Assembly: GCA_964252035.1 (NCBI GenBank)
Contig: OZ176200.1
DNA: 64,000 nucleotides
Reading direction: 5' to 3' (one strand)
Source: Podarcis erhardii
Taxonomy: Eukaryota
Part shown: positions 59,538 to 64,000 of the stretch, one piece after another
How positions within the stretch are numbered: position 1 is the stretch's first letter
Layout of the letters: each line of letters opens with the position of its first letter
The notes under the pieces: generated by a model
What the model saw: only the letters and a program-made list of their open reading frames with translations
What the model was told of the DNA's origin: nothing
Databases searched by the model: none
Translations under genes and position numbers: made by a program

Positions 59538-61535
59538 CTGGAATCACAGAGAATTACACCTGATGACATTGACACATGGCCCATCTTTTCAGTGCTAGGA
59601 ATCTGTGGAGCAATATTGTTTGCTTGTTTTGCTCCCCCCCCCCACAACTGCACACCCTTTACCTAGGGATATTAAAGCATGCTGTGAGCCAACAGGCCCC
59701 CTCCTTTGCTTTGATCTGCTTGCCTTGGCCTAAGGGTGAGCCTCTGGTCTACGAATAACACCAAGCAAGCCATCAAAATAGTAGTCTTCATGTTTTGGGG
59801 GGAAGCTGACTGTGGAAATCCTGCTTTAAAACAAGTCAGGCCAATCTGCACATTCATTATTATTATTATTTTTAAAAAATACCTATTAAGAGTTCTCAAA
59901 GGAGTTTGGTTATTGGTGCTAGTCCATCTGTACTTTCTCCCCTTTGTAGATTTGCAGATGGTTTGTCTTATTCTCCTGGTGCAAGCTAGCACAGCCTGCA
60001 AATGGGAGGAAAAACTAATTGGGAAAAGTGGGGTTTAAGGCTGGAAAAAATGCCAGAGAAAATCCATTTAGTGATCTACCTAGTTAGAAAAGCTATGTGC
60101 ACTTTAGCTCTCAAAATGCGGGAGCAGCAGGTGATACCGCAGGACTGGTGCCTGCTGCTCCCTGCCTGGGATGCTGAGGAAATGGAAAGAAGCAAAAGGA
60201 GGAGCGCCTTGCAACCACCTCCCCACCCCTACACACAGACACACACATCCTTCCTGTTTTGTTCTCTCTCGTTCCATTCCTTGTCCAATATACACAACCG
60301 CTGACAAAATAAAAACAAGCAAAACGTAACAAAAGCTCGATTGCTGCCAAGCCTCAAAGCTGCCCTCCTTTGCATCTGGTTGCTCTAGGGCAGCTCTCAG
60401 CCAGAGCAGCCCCCAGGGGGGAGAGCTGCTCACTGAGGCTTGGAGCAAGGTCACCCAACCCCTTGCCAGGGCCAGTTCACACACATTCATTCTGACTTCA
60501 ATTGGCTCTGTTCAGAACATATTAGTACAGCTGCGAAGTCTGTAGTAGTAGTAATAGGCTGCTGTGGGGTTTTTTTGAGGGGGCGGGGAGGTGGATCATA
60601 CAATCTACAGGCAAAGAAAATCAAGCTCAAGTCACAGTGCCAAGACTTTAAAAGGGGGGTTGTGAATAGACACTTGCCTGATCAGCTGTGCCAAAATTGT
60701 CTCCAGGTGACCAATCTAGGAAGCTTTATAAAACTTTTTTTTACATGTATGCAGATAGATGTCAGTAAATGGACTAGTAAATTGGTTTGTTTGTTGGAGT
60801 GCTAGCAACTGCTGTGGAGTTACAGAGCTGACCTAGGGCTCAATGCCCACTTCCTGTTAGGCTGCACTTTCCATGTACAGGTCAGGGATTTCTAGGTCTC
60901 TGTCAGAGTGTTCCCCTCCCCTTCCTGCCGCTTACCCCAGGGAAACCTGTGTTTTACTGCTGAATCGGAGCAAGCAGCAATCAGGTTTTCAGCAGACTGT
61001 CATTTCTCCAATTCAGCAGCAAATAAATGGCTTTCCTGGGGAAATCTGCAGAAGGTGGAGGGGAAAATGCTCCAACCTGGACCAGGAAAACCCAGAGCTG
61101 TACCTAGAAAGCGCAGCACAAAAGGAAGTGTGCATTGAGCGCTTATACATGTGCTGCAATTTTTCTCTTGCAACAGAGGATGCCACTGTATACTAAGAAA
61201 AAACTTTGGCATGCCCTCCCCGCTCCAGCCACTGGTAAACTGCAAAGATGTACAGCAGCCAAATTCTTACAATCTGAGCACTGTGAAGCCACCGGGCCGT
61301 ATTCAACCACATTTTTGCACTAACACAAAGGGATTCTCCCTTTCCGCCATGTGCACCCTATGCTGTCCCCAAATCTGTCCTGGAGGGTTGGGAACAGATT
61401 TAGGGGGAACCCAGGTGAGAGAAGAGGCAGAGATGGTTCTGTTGCACAAGGAGAAATCCTTGCACTGAAGGAATGCTCTGCTTAGTGCTACATTGAACAT
61501 TACGCAGTATGGCTAGTACTGGGTCAACTACTTAC

Positions 61536-61562
61536 TGGGAAGCCAGCATGCCCTTGTTTGCC
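61536..61562 (-). CDS. COL18A1: Collagen XVIII micro-exon
   Basis: tgcag|GKQGHAGFP|gtaagt, 27 nt. Confidence 0.9.
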
Positions 61563-61924
61563 CTGCAAGAAGAAATAGGGTAGCATAAATAACATATAAA
61601 ATATTTAATAGCATTATCTCCAGCCCTTTAAACTTTAAAATAAATTGTTTGCACGTAATCAGTCGAGCCCAAATGTGTGGGTCACTATAGTTGCTCAGCC
61701 ATGGTCTTGGAAACAAGCTGAACCCCAACACAGTGTGTCAGAGTAAGCGGTGTGGTGAGGATAACAGGGAATGTCTCATCATTCTCACTCTTGCACCAGC
61801 TTAGCTTCTGAAGCAGTTTAGAAGAAGTGGCTTTGTACATTTGCATGGATATGATGCACATCAGCAATGTGAGGATCTGCAGCACAGATGTCTTTATGCT
61901 TGATGCTTATTTATAACTGACATC

Positions 61925-62473
61925 TGTGACAGGTGGATGTTGAGTCAGCCTCCTGAAGACCCAGAAACCAATCAGGGCTGGGTGGAGTTGTCATCCAATT
62001 GAGAGAGAGTAGAGAACAAAAAGTCAGAACAGCAGTTAAACTGTTGGATAAGGTTTGACTGTCAGGTGAAGATCAGATAGGGCTTGGTTGGAGCCTAGAT
62101 AGGGCCTCAAAATGGTTTAGCTGGGGATTATTCAGGTGGTTAGGGGCTTGCTAAACAAGGCAACAATATTATTCCCCTGTGGGGAAGGAAAATATCTTAG
62201 AAGGGGCTGGAAGTGATTTACTGGCTTAGTAGAACAAATGGCCATTCTAGGAGGAATCAGTTTAATCAGAAACCGGTTTAAAATGAAGGTTTAAGTAAAG
62301 TTCTTAATTTCTTCTGTAAAGTGTTGTTGACTGAAACAAAGTGCTTTGCCTTATTAGTGAAATCAATAAACTCTAATGTTCATCAAATACGTTTAAATAA
62401 AATTCCAGTTTTGTTTATATAGTGCCTCATCCTTACTTTGATCCTCTGGCTGAGGGATAAGTTTCCTTTCACA
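61925..62473 (+). mobile_element. Probable solo LTR (about 549 bp)
   Basis: TGTGACAG...CTTTCACA termini, CCAAT boxes near the 5' end, and AATAAA at 62365 and 62396. No TSD is recognisable. Confidence 0.45.
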
Positions 62474-62712
62474 GTATTAAAAATCCTTGCTGTTGGTTAT
62501 CAGAAAACGCTACCACATAAAGAGAATACCAGACCTCTCAAGTGTTACTGACAGGGAGTCTAAGTGTTCAAATACCCAAACCAGATCACATCACCTCACT
62601 CCCATCTTCTTCTTCTTTTTCATACCTATCTTATTGAGGGAGTTTGCCACAACATCCTTCTCACAAAATCAGAATAAAGTGATCACGAGGATAGAAATTG
62701 CTTTTTACTTAC

Positions 62713-62742
62713 CTCTGGGCCTGGCAGAGTAGGTAATGTTTT
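62713..62742 (-). CDS. COL18A1: Collagen XVIII micro-exon (gene continues beyond right edge)
   Basis: ctatag|KTLPTLPGPE|gtaagt, 30 nt, equivalent to the mammalian ...SVPGPE exon. Confidence 0.82.
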
Positions 62743-62974
62743 CTATAGAAAATAATGAAAGGGTATACTTAAAATGTGATCTTTATTGTATTTCCTCATA
62801 TTCTTTGGAGGGGCAAACTAAAGTCTGACCCAAAGTCCAGTAAAATGCCACAAATTTCTTACCAATGACACTGAATTGTTTATTCTTATTCCTACCATTA
62901 TCCTGTCATTTCTATTAAATCAACAGTAGCTGGAGAAAAGAGATGGGCTTGAATTCAAATGTAACATTACATAC

Positions 62975-63370
62975 TGTGGTGGGATAGTGTGCTGCTTGTG
63001 CGTAAAAGCTTGATCCCTCTGGGGTTTGGCTGGTCATCCAAACCGATGCACTAACGGAGCCCCCAAAGCATGACTCCGTCAGTCGCTGGTAGAATCTGAC
63101 AGTGGGCGTCTACGGAATTTACGCCAACATAAAAGCTCTTTGACAGACATGCGCTTTCGAGACTCTCTGCGTGACAGTTTCCGGCGAAGGGTGGGCGTTC
63201 CCAACGGGGGTCCCGTTACCTCTCCACTACTCTCACTGGAAGCATCCCAGAGCCTCCCCTCCGCTGTGACTCCTGCACTCCCCCTGCTGGTTCCCTCTTC
63301 TACTGCAGATTCTCTCCTATTCTCCTGTAGCCTGTCCACTACCTGTCTCTCCGATGGCAGTTCCCTGACA
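62975..63370 (+). mobile_element. Solo LTR (396 bp) in COL18A1 intron
   Basis: TG...CA termini, a perfect 5-bp TSD (CATAC at 62970-62974 and 63371-63375), a TATA-like CATAAAAG at 63128-63135, and retained CpGs. Strand inferred from the TATA-like box only. Confidence 0.8.
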
Positions 63371-64000
63371 CATACCATGGCTGGAATTCAACTATTACAA
63401 TTGGTCGATTGGTGAAAGTATTTCAGCTTCTCTGATGGAACAATCCTCTTCTCTCCCCTCCCCCCCCCCCGCTTGCTGGGATTCTGGGGGTTCCTCAGGG
63501 ATACATTCCAAGTCCATTTGGGGCAGTGGGGGGGGCACAAGGAAGAAACTCTGATGTGTTAACAGGAGTTCTTGTGCTGGCCCCCACTAGCACTATTATT
63601 TAGTTGAATATGGCCCCGTATTTTCTCAGCATGAGAACCCACTGGCTTAAATCAGAAATCTTGCAATCTAATACATGTCTACTCAGAAGAATGCCCAACT
63701 GAGTCCAAGTCCAAGGACATCTAGACCCCTTTGCCTAAAAACTAAAATGAGCAGGGGGGATTGCCAGGGAAGCCAGTCACGCCAACAAGGAACACGTAGA
63801 AAATTTTCTAGAGGCAATCACCTATTGGTTCAAACCATGGTTTAGCATGAACCTGCAAGCCTACAAGCTCCCCACCACGAGATTGCAGGCACTTCCCTCC
63901 TCTCAGTCATTTTGCTGCTGAGCTGCACTGACCTAAACCATGGTTTGGCTTAGTGTGTCATCCAAACTCATGGTTTCAGCTCTCCTAGGCAAACCACAAG

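Noticed and set aside
63079-63415. 99-aa and 91-aa ORFs with a basic, NLS-like stretch
   Set aside because: They lie inside the solo LTR on opposite strands with biased composition and show no gag or pol motif.

Overview
Vertebrate genomic DNA, almost certainly a squamate and probably a lacertid lizard, judged from a Sauria SINE, tRNA-derived Squam-type SINEs and lizard-type CR1/L1/L2/Tigger/hAT fragments. No prokaryotic features, rRNA, true tRNA or CRISPR were found. Four protein-coding loci were reconstructed by hand from splice signals and translation. (1) MS4A-family gene A on the minus strand has two coding exons in the window (4707-4796, 490-609) and continues off the left edge. (2) A divergently oriented MS4A-family gene B on the plus strand spans about 13590-18607. 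Its TM2, TM3, TM4 and terminal exons are clear, but no TM1 exon could be found. (3) SLC19A1 (reduced folate carrier) is complete on the plus strand, with a CpG-island promoter near 20-20.8 kb and five coding exons (27750-41029, 480 aa). (4) The last 20 coding exons (649 aa) of COL18A1, including the trimerization domain, hinge and endostatin, lie on the minus strand (62742-44670), convergent with SLC19A1. There are three N gaps. The most notable observations are a perfect 15-bp duplication of a COL18A1 splice donor that allows an in-frame 5-aa helix interruption, a head-to-head MS4A pair next to SLC19A1 with an apparently TM1-less member carrying a PPxY/4-Tyr tail, a recursive-splice-like CAG|GTGAGT and a cryptic terminal exon in SLC19A1 intron 1, uORFs in the SLC19A1 leader, and probable overlap of the SLC19A1 and COL18A1 3' ends. 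I see no evidence for a wholly new biological system. All novelty claims below are hypotheses from visual reading.
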